Positions 25,301 to 40,300 are shown, counted from the first letter of the stretch. The stretch is DNA of 64,000 nucleotides from Balanoglossus misakiensis (GCA_040954595.2 CM082591.2:11239309-11303308); one strand, 5' to 3'. Notes: generated by a model from the sequence alone, not told the origin. Translations and numbers: made by a program.

Positions 25301-28300
25301 CAGTTATCCCTATAGGTATATGACCTCACCGATCGGAAATGTGAAGAATAAGAATGCCCGGACTATTGAATTGTTTTATATAAACAAACAAAAATCAGCT
25401 GTTCGCGATCAGAAATATGCCCGGAACCTAAAAGTAGGAGGGTTATGAAGCACAGGGTAATATGGCGCAGTAAAGCACATGTGTAAAATGTAAAATGAGC
25501 ATGACAAATTCCAAGTTTAAACGTCACGGATCGATATCGCTAAAGCATTGAGCATTACAGCCGGTGCAGCCTGCAGTCAACATGTCGAGCTGTGGACAGT
25601 TGGGCGAGCTACGACCATTTATTATTTCAGACAGTAGCGACGATACCTCTCGGGACGTGAATGAAGGAGGAAAATGCCATCTTATTGTCCCAGTCCCAAA
25701 TGACGTCAGTTCCCATGATTTTCAGTAAATTTAAAGTGCCTATGACATGTGTTACGAACCAAAAACTCGCAACACAAACACCCAGACAGCAACAACAATG
25801 ATACACAGTACACCCAAAGTTATATGTTTCACTGCGAATCTATTTGTCACAGGAAGAAAAATAATATCATAGTACAAGCACTGAAACTTAAATGTTACTA
25901 GGGTTCTTACTGAAATATTGTAATGTCCTCAAGAAACTTGTATCAGTTCCGTGGTAATATTACACACGTGGTGAGCGGACGCGATAATTCAGTGTTCCGT
26001 GAGTTCTCCGCACCAACCCGACGCTGGTTCACGCTGGCGTGCTGCTTTCTCACACAGTTCTTTCCTGAAGTCCTCTCAGAAGAAAGTAACAGGTTCACTT
26101 CACTCACGGTTGCTGGCGTAGACATGCATTTTAAGTCCGAGAGCAACGCTGAATTCAAACCAACAGGACATACCGACGTGCTGAACTTCAACACCGAGCT
26201 CCCACGTGGATTACAAGATTCCAGTCCCCGTCGCTCATGGCCGAGCTCAACTTGTCTGTTTTCTGGTCGGCTCACGCCACTTGACTGCCACTTGACTGCC
26301 GTTACCGAGAGTCAAAAATCAAAAGCCTAACGTAATATTCAAAATACACAGGTGTTCGGCTACTACAGCTAACGCTATGTTAATGACGTACACCCTTATT
26401 GTTCATCCACCACTGATATTTAAATTATATGCATTCGTAGTACAATCGTAACACCTCCCCCACCGAAAGATAATTTTGACATGTCATGGCAAAACTTATC
26501 AAAAAAATCAAATTTAACATCGAGACAAACTATCTGCGACAATGTTGTCTTTACCCTTAATGTGTTTGATTTCGAGCGTATATTCCTGCAACAGTAGGCT
26601 CCAATTTAAGATTCTGCGATTCTTTCTTTTCATTCTGTGTAAGAACGTCAAAGGATTATGATCCGTATACACAACCAAAGGAAAGGCGCTGTGAACATAC
26701 ACTTCAAAATGCTGTACGGCCAACACCAAAGCTAATAATTCTTTCTCAATAGTGGAGTAATTCTTCTGGTGAGAATTAAATCTTCTTGAAAAATAACATA
26801 CATGATGTTCAATGCCACCTTCATCATTTTTCTGCAGCAATACAGCCCCAGCGGCATTGTCACTGGCATCGACTGCTAATGCAAACGCTTTAGTAAAGTC
26901 AGGGGCTTTGAGCACTGGCGCATTCTGGAGAATAGCTTTGAGGCCTTCAAATGCCCTTCGACACGCGGCATTCCAAACAAATTTCTTGTCTTTCTTTAAC
27001 AGTTCAGTCAGTGGTGAAGCGACATCTGCAAAATTCTTACAAAATTTTCGGTAATACCCAGCCATTCCCAGAAAACGCATCAGTGCTCTCTTGGTTGTAG
27101 GACCGGGATAATCAACAATAGCCGTCACTTTCGCTTCGACTGGGGCAACACGGCCCTGCCCTACATTGTGACTTAAAAATATTACAGTTGCTTGTCCAAA
27201 CTCGCACTTAGCCAAATTAACAGTCAAGTTGGCTGCAAGTAATCTCTGAAACAACATCTCTATGGCAACAAGATGGGCTGCCCACTTATCATCAGCAGTA
27301 ATAATGTCATCAATATACGATCCACTACTCCCCAAACCCCTAATTGTTTTGTCAACCATTCTTTGAAAAGTGGCCAGCGCATTTTTCATGCCAAACGGCA
27401 TTACATTGTACTCATACAGCCCAGTTGGAGTTACAAATGCAGATATTTCTCGAGCTCTGTCGGTCAGTGGGACACCCCAATAACCTTTCAGCAAATCCAC
27501 TTTTGTGACATATTTTGCTTTTCCAATTTTATCAATACAGTCATCCACCCTCGGTATAGGATAGGAATCAGATTTTGTGACAGCATTGACCTTACGGAAA
27601 TCTGTACAGAAACGTACACTGCCATCTGGCTAAGGAACCATTACACATGGGGAGCTCCAGTCACTATGACTAGGTTGAATGATGTCATTTTCTAACATGT
27701 ACTGAATTTCTTTTTCCATAAGCTCTTTTTTAACAGGATTTAATCTATATGGGTGTTGTTTAATAGGCCTAGCATCACCAACATCCACGTCATGTTGAAC
27801 CACATTTGTTCTCCTGGGTACATCAGGAAACAAATCCCTATATTTAAATATGAGATCTTTTAACTCCTGCCTTTTACTCTTAGGAAAGTCTAAGTGATTC
27901 AACTTTCCATCCAGATGGTCCAAAATGTCTGAATTGTTCAATTTCGGTTTTATAATATCCTTCCCCTTGAAATGTGGTTCATCAGGCGCTTCAGTCGTTT
28001 CTTGGCAAATATTTACCAAATTGACAGTTTTCTGTTCTTGGTAGTACGGTTTTAACATATTTATATGGCATAGTTGTGTTGGCCTTCGACGATCTGGTGT
28101 TTTCACCACATAGTCGACTTCATTCACTTTCTTTAATACTTCATAAGGACCACTAAATCTGGCATGTAATGGATTGTCTTGAGTTGGAAATAACACGAGC
28201 ACTAAGTTACCAGGTCTAAACTCCCTAGTTCTGGCTTTTCTATCATACCAGACTTTCATTTTACTCTGAGATGCTTTAAGATTATTTCTAGCCAATGCGC

Positions 28301-31300
28301 AAACTTGATATAATCTTTCTTTGAATTTCGAGACGTAGTCTAACAGGTTCAGTTTTGTATCATTATCTGTCCACTGGTCTTTTACTAGTGACAGGGGCCC
28401 TCGGACCCTATGACCAAACACTAGCTCAAATGGACTGAACCCAAGAGATTCCTGGACACTTTCTCTGACAGCAAACAGCAGCAAGGGTATTCCTTCATCC
28501 CAATCTTTCTGATTATCGTGACAATACGTTTTCATCATAGTTTTCAGGGTAGAATGAAACCTTTCCAATGCACCTTGTGACTCTGGGTGATAGGCACTAG
28601 ATTTGATCTGTTTAGTTCCCAAATGATAAAGAACTTGCTGAAACAGGCCTGACATAAAATTTGACCCCTGGTCAGACTGCGCCTCTTTTGGCAAACCTAC
28701 CAGTGTGAAAAATTTAAGCAAAGCCTTGGAGATTGTGGGTGCTTTTATATTTCGGAATGGAATAGCTTCAGGAAATCGGGTAGCTGCACACATAATCGTC
28801 AACAAATACCGGTTTCCTGATTTTGTTACTGGTAAGGGCCCCACACAGTCAATGACAATCCTACTGAAAGGCTCCCCAAAGGCTGGGATTGGCTGAAGAG
28901 GTGCCACTGGAGTCGTAGCATTTGGTTTACCCACAACCTGGCAAGTGTGACACGATTTACAATATTCAGATACATCCCTTTTCAAACCTGGCCAAAAGAA
29001 ATGTCTCAAAATTCTATCCATAGTTTTATTTATTCCCAAATGTCCTCCCATAGGGAACTTATGGGCAAGATGAAGAATTTCATTTCTATACACTTTTGGT
29101 ACCACAACCTGATGCACCACAGCCCATTCTTCATTTGCTGGGGCTTCTAACGGACGCCATTTTCTCATTAGCACTCCATTATCAATATAGAACCCAACCG
29201 GAATTTTATCAAGATCCTCTTTTGAAAGGGCTTTATCCTTCAGAAGCTTAATATCATCATCCCTTTCTTGTTCGGCGACAAGTTGTTTTCTAGATAGAGA
29301 CAAATCAGACGTTATTTCAACGTTTTTGTTTTTCTGATCACTATCAGAGTCGTCACTAGTGTTATCTAAACAACCGAAAAATGTCTCAGACAAATCAACG
29401 ACGTTATCGTGCAAATCACCATCCTCAAGGGCCCGTTTTGCCATTCCCCGAGTAACAACACACGCTGGATATAAATTTAGGCCGTCGTCCTGAACTTCAT
29501 CCTTTTCGTCACAAATACTCGGTTTATCAGTCAGATGGATGATAGGTGCCACTTTGCCCCCAGCCAAGTCGTTGCCTAACAATAAAGAGACCCCTTTTAC
29601 AGGTAGACTAGGTCTCAGACCTACTGTCACAAATCCGGTAACCAAATCTGATTTCTAGTGTACATTATGCAAGGGTACATTAACATACCTGCCCTCAATG
29701 CCCTGAGCTTAAACAGATTCACCAGTAGCAGACTCCTTACCAAACTCTAATACGTCACCGACCAAAAGAGATTGAGTAGCTCCGGTATCACGAAGAATCT
29801 TAATAGGCGTAGGACTGGATTGTTTATCCGACGAGACGTAACCCTCTGACACAAATGGCAATTACTCTTCACGCACAGAATCAGATTTTCCAACTGGTTT
29901 AGGAATACAATCGATACAAATATTATCAGGTGCACTATCCGAAATACTCTTATATGAGGAAACAAGAGCATTTGGCAAAGATTCATTCTTTCTTTTCAAC
30001 TTCCAACATTCGGCCATAATATGCCCTGCCTTTTTACAATAATGACAAGTTAGGACTCTAGGTTTACCCTTATCTGCGTTACCACTGTCAGATTTTGTCG
30101 GCTGAAAACCACTCTTATTAAATACGGTGCTTGATCGTACTTCACGTGGCAATTCGCTATTGCGGACATCTTTATCAATTCTGGGCTGTCTACTGTAAGT
30201 CTTTGAAATTTGAAATTTCGGCTTGTGGGTTAACGCAAAATCGTCGACCACCATCGCTGCGTGTTCCATCTTTCTCATCAAGATATGTTTTTACATCATC
30301 ACGAACACATCTTTTGAATTCCTCTATCAATATGAGCTGTTTAAGTTTATCGAAATCATTATCAACTTGCTTTGAGGTGCACCACCTTTCAAAGTATACA
30401 TCTTTGTCATGAGCAAATTCAACATGCGTTTGATTTTCTTGTTTACGTAAGCCCCTGAATTTTTGTCTGTAAGCTTCAGGGACTAGTTCATACGCCTTTA
30501 AAATAGCAGCTTTTACCAGATCATAATTGGCACAATCGGCCACAGAAAGACCAGAAAAAGCCTGTTGTGCCTTACCCTTCAACACACTTTGAAGCATTAA
30601 AGGCCAATATTGTCTAGGCCATGTTAGATTTGCGGCAACTTTCTCGAAATGTTGAAAATACTTATCAATCTCTTGTTCGTTAAAAGACGGAACCATTCTT
30701 ACTTCTCGACTTGGTGAAAAAGTTGCAGAGGATGAAATGTCCAAGTCAGAATTCAATCTCAATCTTTCCAGTTGAAACTGCCTATCTTTCTCTTTTTCTC
30801 TTTCTTGCATTTGCAGTTCGAGAATTTTCATTTCCTTCTCTTGTTCAAGCCGTCTAATTCCAATCTTTTCAACTCTGTTCCTTCTGTGGGCTTTGCCTGA
30901 TATTGCTTTAAGGTCTCTTCCCTAAACACATCTTCTTCGACATAATATTCAACAATAATTTTCTTGAGTTCTGATTTAGTCATAGATGCTCCGACACCTT
31001 CAATTTGTAATTTCAGCACAACGGCTAGCAGCTCTATTTTCTTAAGTTCGTCTAAAACCGAGTGGTGGGAGATGTTACGAATTCTTCAATATTACTCATT
31101 GTTGCTGGCTGTCTGGTAAGTTTTAGCAAAAATTTACCTGCTTCACAAACAAACCCATGAGGGTTAATTCCCTCTCAAGAATTTAGTTTTGTAGTCACAA
31201 AATTCAGCTCCCGGACGAGCCCCCAATTATGTTACGAACCAAAAACTCGCAACACAAACACCCAGACAGCAACAACAATGATACACAGTACACCCAAAGT

Positions 31301-34300
31301 TATATGTTTCACTGCGAATCTATTTGTCACAGGAAGAAAAATAATATCATAGTACAAGCACTGAAACTTAAATGTTACTAGGGTTCTTACTGAAATATTG
31401 TAATGTCCTCAAGAAACTTGTATCAGTTCCGTGGTAATATTACACACGTGGTGAGCGGACGCGATAATTCAGTGTTCCGTGAGTTCTCCGCACCAACCCG
31501 ACGCTGGTTCACGCTGGCGTGCTGCTTTCTCACACAGTTCTTTCCTGAAGTCCTCTCAGAAGAAAGTAACAGGTTCACTTCACTCACGGTTGCTGGCGTA
31601 GACATGCATTTTAAGTCCGAGAGCAACGCTGAATTCAAACCAACAGGACATACCGACGTGCTGAACTTCAACACCGAGCTCCCACGTGGATTACAAGATT
31701 CCAGTCCCCGTCGCTCATGGCCGAGCTCAACTTGTCTGTTTTCTGGTCGGCTCACGCCACTTGACTGCCGTTACCGAGAGTCAAAAATCAAAAGCCTAAC
31801 GTAATATTCAAAATACACAGGTGTTCGGCTACTACAGCTAACGCTATGTTAATGACGTACACCCTTATTGTTCATCCACCACTGATATTTAAATTATATG
31901 CATTCGTAGTACAATCGTAACACATGCCCTATACAACCACGCGTAAAATCACTCTTTGGGTCTTGAAGTTAACGTATGTTACTATCTGGCATTGCGTATC
32001 ACCCTCTGTGCTTAGATAACAGGCAAGAAAAAGTGACGAGTGGGCGTGTACCCCTAACCCAACTCAGTCGATTTTTTTCGGCTTTTCGAAGTTAAGCCGA
32101 TGACTTATCTTGATGTGGACAAATAGTCTTTCACACCTTTGTAAATCCTCTGCCTGTAATGTGAGGCAAGGGCTTCCTTTGCTTTGAACACTGCTTACAT
32201 GTATATAGCTTGTCGTTGTCTGTAGACTTAATTACTCATGGACCGCTAATTACACTTTACTGTAAACAGAGAGGTACACTAGGACATAAAGTGGCGTTCT
32301 CACTGGCACGTTTACACCGGTGCTACAACGGTGTAGATTTGACACCGACGGAAAAAAACAAGTGAGAACGCTTTACGCCGGTGTTGCGCCGGTGTTGATT
32401 TGCGGCGGCGATGGGTGGCGGGTCAGGGCCAGTGCTGGGCCAGCGCTCTGACGCAAATGTGCAGTGAGAACGCAAAGATAAACAAACACCGTTCAAAAGC
32501 GCCACCCTGCAGTGACTTTTGGGTATGTTTATTAGGTATAGCCCATTGTCTTTGGTCAGTTTCCATTGTGAAGTCAATCACACTGGACGCGAGTGGTTTT
32601 CAAACCATTCGCAGTTTGCCAGGTCTGCAACACTTCTGTCTGCTACCAACTTTCATACCTGCATATGCGTTCTAGACGACTTTGTCGTCTTCATGACAGT
32701 TTTGAGAATGTTTAGAAGTAAATGAATGTTAATCCATAAATGGAAAATGCCTCAGCTTTTCGGTGATCGAGAGAACCTTCCGAAAGTTGGTAGCAGACAG
32801 AAGTGTTGCAGACCTGGCAAACTGCGAATGATTTTAAAACCACTCGCGTCCAGTGTGATTGACTTCACAATGGAAACTGACCAAAGACAATGGGCTATAC
32901 CTAATAAACATACCCAAAAGTCGCTTTTGAACGGTGTTTGTTTATCTTTGTGTTCTCACTGACTATTTGCGTCGGATCGCTGGCCCAGCACTGGCCCTGA
33001 CCCACCACCCATCGTCGTCGCAAATTAACACCGGCCCAACACCGGTGTAAAGCGTTCTCACTTGTTTTTTTCCGTCGTTGTCAAATCTACACCGGTGTAG
33101 CACCGGTGTAAACGTGCCAGTGAGAACGCCCTAATAGTGTACTTGTTTGTCCATATGCAAATACCTTCGCCTGGCTCGAGTGCGAAGTGGCTCCCTGATC
33201 ACAGGCATGAAAAAAAGGGGGAAATTCCGGCATTCGCGCACATTTCTCGGTACCGATACAATAGGCAATGCATAGACAGGTACCCTAGGTGAGCTTTTGA
33301 CGGGGAAAAATGAAAACTTTTCAAAGCATGTCATAAACCCTTTAATTGGCATTGATATTTCACCAAGAACTGTTGTTGCTTTCTTGAAGTTGAATATTTC
33401 AGCTGCACGAAGTTTAATATTTTCGGTTAATTCCACGCCGCAATTTCTCCGTGTTTTTTGAATAAGAGTATTTATTTAGATTTTAAACTGAAACATTTTC
33501 AATATATTTAACAATGATTTTATTGCTGAGTATTTCACAAATTTAATATTAATATGATGCTATAAATTTCTATTCGGAAAGTCATCTTAATTTTTCAAAT
33601 GTCCGTCGTCAACAAATACTCGATAAGGTGGCGCCAAGGCCGGACAGTCCAAGTAAGGTACACATCTGGAAGGAATTTCAAGTTATCACTCCAATTTCTG
33701 TCGGACCGTATGTCAACGAGCGAGCACCACCAGTATTTTGTCGCTATTCACTTGAAGTGTATCGTGTACGCCGTTTCTTCTGCCGGATTTAAGCATCATC
33801 CGGCTCCTCTATCGAGATCCATCACATTTCCCTCAAGCTTTAAAAGAACAGCTTTCGTGGCAACTTTCTGCAATATTCCTGTAGCTTTGAGAAACTGAAT
33901 AAGTTCGGTGACTTTCAGTCGCTTTAGGTCACCGCGATCAACCACGGGCGTCATGGAACAATAAAGTGTATGGATAATTTAGCATAGGTCTAAACGAACA
34001 CACAATAAATTATTTCCTTTTTTTATGTGAACGATAACTACACTCACGAACGGCCTAGCTACAGCTGGGAGCGAACGCACTAGCGCCGCCGAACGCGGAA
34101 GTGATGGAGCAATGAACAACCGCACACGCGCACGCGCCGGCCCAGCGCGCGCGGCAGACGAGCGTACGACTCCGTTGCTTGCCAGGACAGACGCGTTCGT
34201 ATACAGTGTATGTTAGGAAGGGTATGCAATCGCTCTCATGGAGTCTGGCGACGTGCGTTACCAAAAAGGGGGGACAGGGGGGACACTTTGTTCTACGGAG

Positions 34301-37300
34301 CAGAGTGCCATCGAAGTGTAGTCAATAATTTTCATTTTTGCTTAGAATGTGTCTTGAAAAGTGTTGGATTAATCATGAATAAAAAACGGAAGACGTGAAA
34401 AATACAACAAATCCGTATACAAAACCACTGCGAATCTGGTGACTGGAAGTGCCGTGTTCGATCGTCGGGTTTTATATTATGTGTATGAAACTATGCGTGA
34501 GCTCAGCTCAGCTCCTCCCAGTCATGGTGGACGTTGTTCATGTGCATCACTGTTATATTTGCTATGATTATTTTGCATGAAAACAGTATGTCCTATGTAT
34601 ACCTTTCAGGGAGAAATTTGCGACATCGCCCAAACGCCATTTTACGTCGGTAACGCACGTCCCCAGGACGAGTGACACTTTTCGATCGATAATATCTCGA
34701 ATGTTTGACCGACTTTTGAAAATTGAAAACCCAGACATTAGGTTTCTCTGTCATCTAAAACGCATACTCTGATTTGGTAGCGATTCTCTTCGTAATAGTT
34801 GCCAAATGGCGGTGGGCTGAAATATTCGTTTCATACTCTGTATATATGTGTACTCACGTACACAGATCAGTTGCGGGCGCGCACGCATGCGTAGACATCG
34901 CCTTTACTGCTCAAGACGAGATCGTATACACACACGGTGCCTATCCCCTATAGAGGTACGCGTACGGTGTGGTTTTGCACATAAAGTTAACACTGACCTA
35001 GCTTTAGTGCATTTCGCGTCCACACCAAACAAACCCAGGAAATATATTATTCTTTGTTCATTGAGGACGTCGCGTTTATGATAAGTTTATTAATATCTAT
35101 ACACTTTATTGTTCCATGACGCCCGTGGATCAACTTTCTGCGCCACCATTGTCAACAGGTCAGTTTTGTGTTTATTTCTGGCCCTACCAACAGCGCCCTC
35201 ATACCGTATTTAACCCCAATAATCTTTCGTTTTCATGCATATAGAATATCATTTTCTTAACGAAACAGCGTCAGAAGAAGAAATTACGATCGTGAACCAA
35301 GCTCGCGACGATGAATGTAATTTTTTTTATGCGAGCGGCCCGGGATCGAGCATTAAACATGAAGCAGACGTCAAAAAGTGAAAAGACAGGCATCGCGCAT
35401 GGCAAAGTGCAAAATATTCAGAGCAGAGCAGTTCCAAAAGAAAATGTCCATAAATTCAACTTGGCTCACTCACGCACGGAAAGCAAACCTCTCGATGATG
35501 CTGGATTTGACATTCATTCACCATACATACCGTGTGCCATGTACCAAGCAGTCATGTCAACAAAGCTATACATAAAAAAAGTTATGCCACAAGTGTCACT
35601 GTCATGTTGTCTATGCAGTACAGAGAAGGGCGAGTTTGTTCATGTATTGCAACCTTCCGAGCGCCGGTTTACGAGAAACTTTCCTGAGAACGCAAACCAA
35701 TGCAAATATTCCCGAGTCCTCACCCCAATTTCACATAAATCAAAACTTGTTCAGATATATTTCAGAAAACCCTTAAATGAACTTTCACATGCACTACTAA
35801 ACCTTTGTTATTTATTTCCTGATGTTTGAATAGAATGCTAGAAATGTACAGTACACTGATTGACCACTTTCACCTGATCCGTTGTTTACGCCATTGCTCT
35901 GTTTTCAATATCCGTGTTCGAGTCTGAGTTTTTCGCACCTATGGTATTTTAAAGATTTTTGGCATCTTCAAATTCACCGGCATTGACAAAACTATAAAAT
36001 AATAAGAATGATGTACTCTCCAAAGACCCATAATCGACTCAAGCACACATTGTATTCCATAATGTACTCCGCTTTCAACCTCGACATTATGTTGCACAAT
36101 GTGTGCTTTTGTCCATTATGGGTCTTCGAGGCATACATTATTCTCTATATATTTATTTCACATTGCATATTATTGTGCACTCCTGATTGGCTGATATTAC
36201 ATATAACCGAACTTCATGACCTATGCGCACAATCTGTGCCTTACGGAAGCTATTTTCGCAAGTGTTGTGGTGTATCCTGCGGGCGTACTTTCCCAAGCGC
36301 AGCATATTATTCTCCATCATTTCAATGTCTGGGCAATGAATTATACATCCTCCTGAAAATTGTTGGAAGAAGGGCAATCCGTTTCCATTGTTACATCCCG
36401 GGTGAAACACTGGTACAGGTTCAAGACAAGTTTAGTGACATTGTGTGATTCCACAGCAGAATTTCACATCAACTATAATCCTCCATTTTTGTAATGATTG
36501 TGTTTCAGAAAAATCTGTGTCAAGTGGTGATACAAAAGAAGTTGCCATAGTGAAACCTACAACCATAGCAACCACTTCAGTGTCTACAACCACTACCACA
36601 ACACAGCCACTGAAACCTGCATCAACAGTTACCATGGTTACAGGGCCTAGCTCTGGTATGACCGCAAATCCTCTCAAATCAACTGTTGGAAGTCCATCTC
36701 CAGGTAAAGTCTTAAGTATTGCTTCCCATCCATTGTCAAATAAGTTCCACACATAATTAGACGACCAAGTGAAGGGTGGGATATAGTAGAATTATGTAAA
36801 GCCTGTCTGCCAAGGTATGTTTATTTCGGGCAGGGGCACCTCCTGAAATTGAAAAACATCCCTTTAATAGCCCCATGGGTTTTAATCAGATATATCCTAA
36901 GTTGTAACAATTGGGAAGCACTTATTGGCTGACCAAGTCAAATCAAGTTGCAGATTTTAACAACTTGCCCAGGCACTGGTTGTTTTGATTACCCAATTTA
37001 TAATTACTTTTCACCCAATACTCATGCAGTCTGATTTACTCTCTCAAAGTACCCTATGAGAAATCCATGACAGATTGCAACAAATCCAGCTTTGGTAGTT
37101 AAGTATGGCATACCCATGGTAGCTTCCTGTGCATGACAACCAGGAGAACGATTACTATGTTTCAGTTACGCCATCTTGTATTTGTAAATGCCCTTGGGTA
37201 GCGACATGTATGGACGAACACAAGCTAAGCAAGTGCATACATTATTGAGAAACACCCATGCTCATTAATTCAGCCAATCAGTAGTAGATCAGGTTGTAAT

Positions 37301-40300
37301 TGACTTCCAAGAGGTCATGGTCATAATCACATTGTAAGCAGTGACCTGAGTCACAAGAAGACATGCAAATAACAAACTTTCAAAAAAATGACACCAAGGC
37401 TAGACTATGTGTGAAGTGAGCATAGCAAAACATACCCACAAGTCTGGATTCTACACTAACAACGAAAATGTCATAGTAAATATCTTGGATGTAAAGAAAT
37501 GATTCTGTGTTACTGACTCAGGATTTTGACTTCTCATTTTCATTTAGCATTGCCTCAGAATGTAACTGGTAGTCCCCAGGCTGGCAGTGGGACTAAGAGG
37601 CCAACATCCCGGCCAGGTGTGGGATCACCGTCCAACCAGACTGCCATCTTTAAAGCACCAGCCCCAAGCAATGTGCAAACTGCTCCAGGTAAGAACATCC
37701 CTCTTCTAGAGTAGCTGTTTTGCCAAATAAATAAAAAAGACAGTAATAACTTTGATGGGATCAAGAAAAGATTTTGCCATAGAATAGCAAAGGGACACTT
37801 TCATTGTTTTCATGAAATGTTTCTTTTCTGTTCTATAAATCATGCTAATTGTTCTATTCCATTTGTGGGTCTAAAAATATTTCCATCAGATCGATTCGAG
37901 GGTTAGATGTTGTAGCTAATAGTGTAAAGGCCATGATTGTTTTTGTTCACAAATAAATTCAATTATCATTATTGTACAGTTTTACCAATGTTGAGGGGCT
38001 TTCCTTGTCAACTTGCGTGTGTGTATGCATCCTTCATGTAAAAGAGGCAAAGCACAAAGTATTGTGATAGCTGAATCACTGTAAAACGGGAAATTTTTTT
38101 GAACTTCACGAGAACCAAAAAAATACAAATTAAAAAGTCACTTTAAATGTTTTTTCAGGGATATTGGTGCAGTTAGTGAAATATGAGAATGTGCAATGTA
38201 ATTGTAGCGTAACAGCTGTCTCTTTTGATATTGCGAACATTTTCTGTCACAAAATTTTGCCGTTTTACAGTATTATAAATAAAGTAGATCTTTTCACTAC
38301 AGGTGCCACACCAACAAGTCATCTGTCACCTGGACAACCCAGTCAAATTGGAAGTCAGTCTCCACAACAACTGGCATCCTCTCAACAGAAACTGATTCAA
38401 CCAAGTCAGCCCCAGATGCAGGGCCAAGGTCAAAGGTCATCAATGCCTTTTGCCCAGCCTACCAGTTTACCAAACCAACCAGTATCCACTGTCACAGCAA
38501 ACAGGACACAACAACCCAATGTGACTGTTTCAAGTATCCCCATGACACAATTTTCGTCCACCCAGGTACAGTTGTGGTCTACCTTCTACTTTATGAGATT
38601 TAAATTAGCTGTTTCTATTTACCCATCCTGTGAATTGGAAGCTTTTTACGACTGTATCACGTACCATTGTCTATACAGTAGACTATTTCTTCAAAACACA
38701 TTCAAAACTTACTGTTTTGGTTGCTAGAAACCCACTCTGTGAATGCAAAGTCTTTTTACAGACTCAGTAATCATATTCAATTTTAATGTGATCAATATGA
38801 TAAGCCCATCCCATCTAATTTTTTGTTCTTGATGGGAATAATGTATTTTCAACATCCCTTCCTGTAAATTATAAATGTGATTTGTATGATATCATACATG
38901 GTTCCTTGTTTGGAATAGGGAAGACAATGGATTGATAGTTTGTGTCATGTAAATATGTAAATATGATTTGTCAATTATCATTCAGTCGTGTGTGTGTGTA
39001 TTATTGAAATTATGTATGTACCCCATTTATGATTACTTTTGTGTACATGTCTTTGTTTTTTTGAAAATGTTGCAAATGTAGGTATGTGTGTTGAAAATAG
39101 GACTTCGAGAGTTGCAAGCTCAACATCGAATCAGAAATTGGAAGTCATGAATTAAAAATGGTGGTTTGAATACTGGCCTTGATAATGCTTCATATTAACC
39201 AGGTTTGTTACTCTTTTTGGTCAGGCAACTTCACCTCCAAAGATGACTTCCCAGCAGGCACCAGCTGCTGCACTGAAAGCCGCAGAGGGTGTCATGCAAA
39301 TGGCCAATGCTAGTCAATTCAGTAAGACTCCACCAATTGCTGCCGTGAATCCTATCAACTCACAGCCACAGCAGAGATGGCCAGGTACAGATTCACAGCC
39401 ACAAAGAGGTAGGTACAGTCAAACCTGTCTATACTGGCCAGTCAAGGGACTTTCCTTAAACCCCGGTGCGGGGTATAAAAGACCCCCCAAATCAGTGGTG
39501 AATCTTAATGCCGTTTGACTGACAACAGACAACACCAACAATCTTGGCTCTATGAAAATCGGCCCAAACAGGTCCAAGCATAAAGAATTACACCACACAA
39601 CGACAGTAGTTGGCTTTATAAACACACACAACATGAAGTTATCGACAAAAAAGTACACGAGCTTTTGAAACAACGGTGATTTTGGGAGAAATCTGGTTTC
39701 AGTGCTTTTCAGAAGCGTCCCTGGGAAACAATAACCACGTCATTCAAAAAGCTGTCAATCGAGTAGAGGTGTAAAGTGTTCAATTATTTTCTATGTACAT
39801 GAGATCAATTACACAGTCATTATGCACGACGACCACTCCCAAATAAACAACTATACTAACACACGTTAATCCGAATCCCTGGCCTTTCCGTACCGGGGTT
39901 TAACAGGCTTTTATAGACAGGTGGCCTCTACAGACAGGTCAATTAATGTGTAATACAGTGGAACACCAATTATCCGAACATCAATTATCCGAATTTCGGA
40001 TTATCCGAACCCTTCATCTCGATATGGGAAGTTTTGAATTTTGAGGCTGCGGCTGTTGAACTTTCAGCGGAAGCACCGGGCGACTTGCGCAACATTCGTT
40101 GGTAATATCAGAGATTGAATTTTATTAAGTTATCACTGTTTTTTTCGGAATCTGGTCCTAACCATTGTTTGGAAATAGGTACCCATTTTTTGGCAGTTGA
40201 TTGCCCAGAATTTTATGAAGCATCTTGCCAACGAGATCGTGCTACAACGTGCAATGTCAACAAGTCCACGCCGCGGACTCGATCAGTACTAAAATCAAGG

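Larger units (their letters stand above)
25750..31922 (-). mobile_element. Full-length Ty3/Gypsy LTR retrotransposon, Gmr1-like (gag-PRO-INT-RT-RH)
   Basis: TG..CA LTRs 25750-26453 and 31230-31922; 4-bp TSD CATG; PBS and PPT present; integrase lies upstream of RT/RNase H. Confidence 0.96.
25735..33341. mobile_element. Kolobok-type MITE family A, inverted copy, split by the LTR element and a foldback element
   Basis: Pieces 25735-25749, 31923-32292 and 33131-33341 rejoin into the reverse complement of 9199-9774; TTAA on both sides. Confidence 0.8.

Noticed and set aside
25923-26330. Duplicated 110-135 aa ORFs (also 31403-31804)
   Set aside because: They lie inside the LTRs, show no recognisable domain, and are duplicated only because the LTR is.
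31208-31225. tRNA gene
   Set aside because: Only the 18-nt complement of a tRNA-Pro 3' end (a PBS); no cloverleaf.
35311-35829. 172-aa ORF
   Set aside because: No recognisable motif, no fit to the MED25 exon phases, and it lies in repeat-derived sequence.
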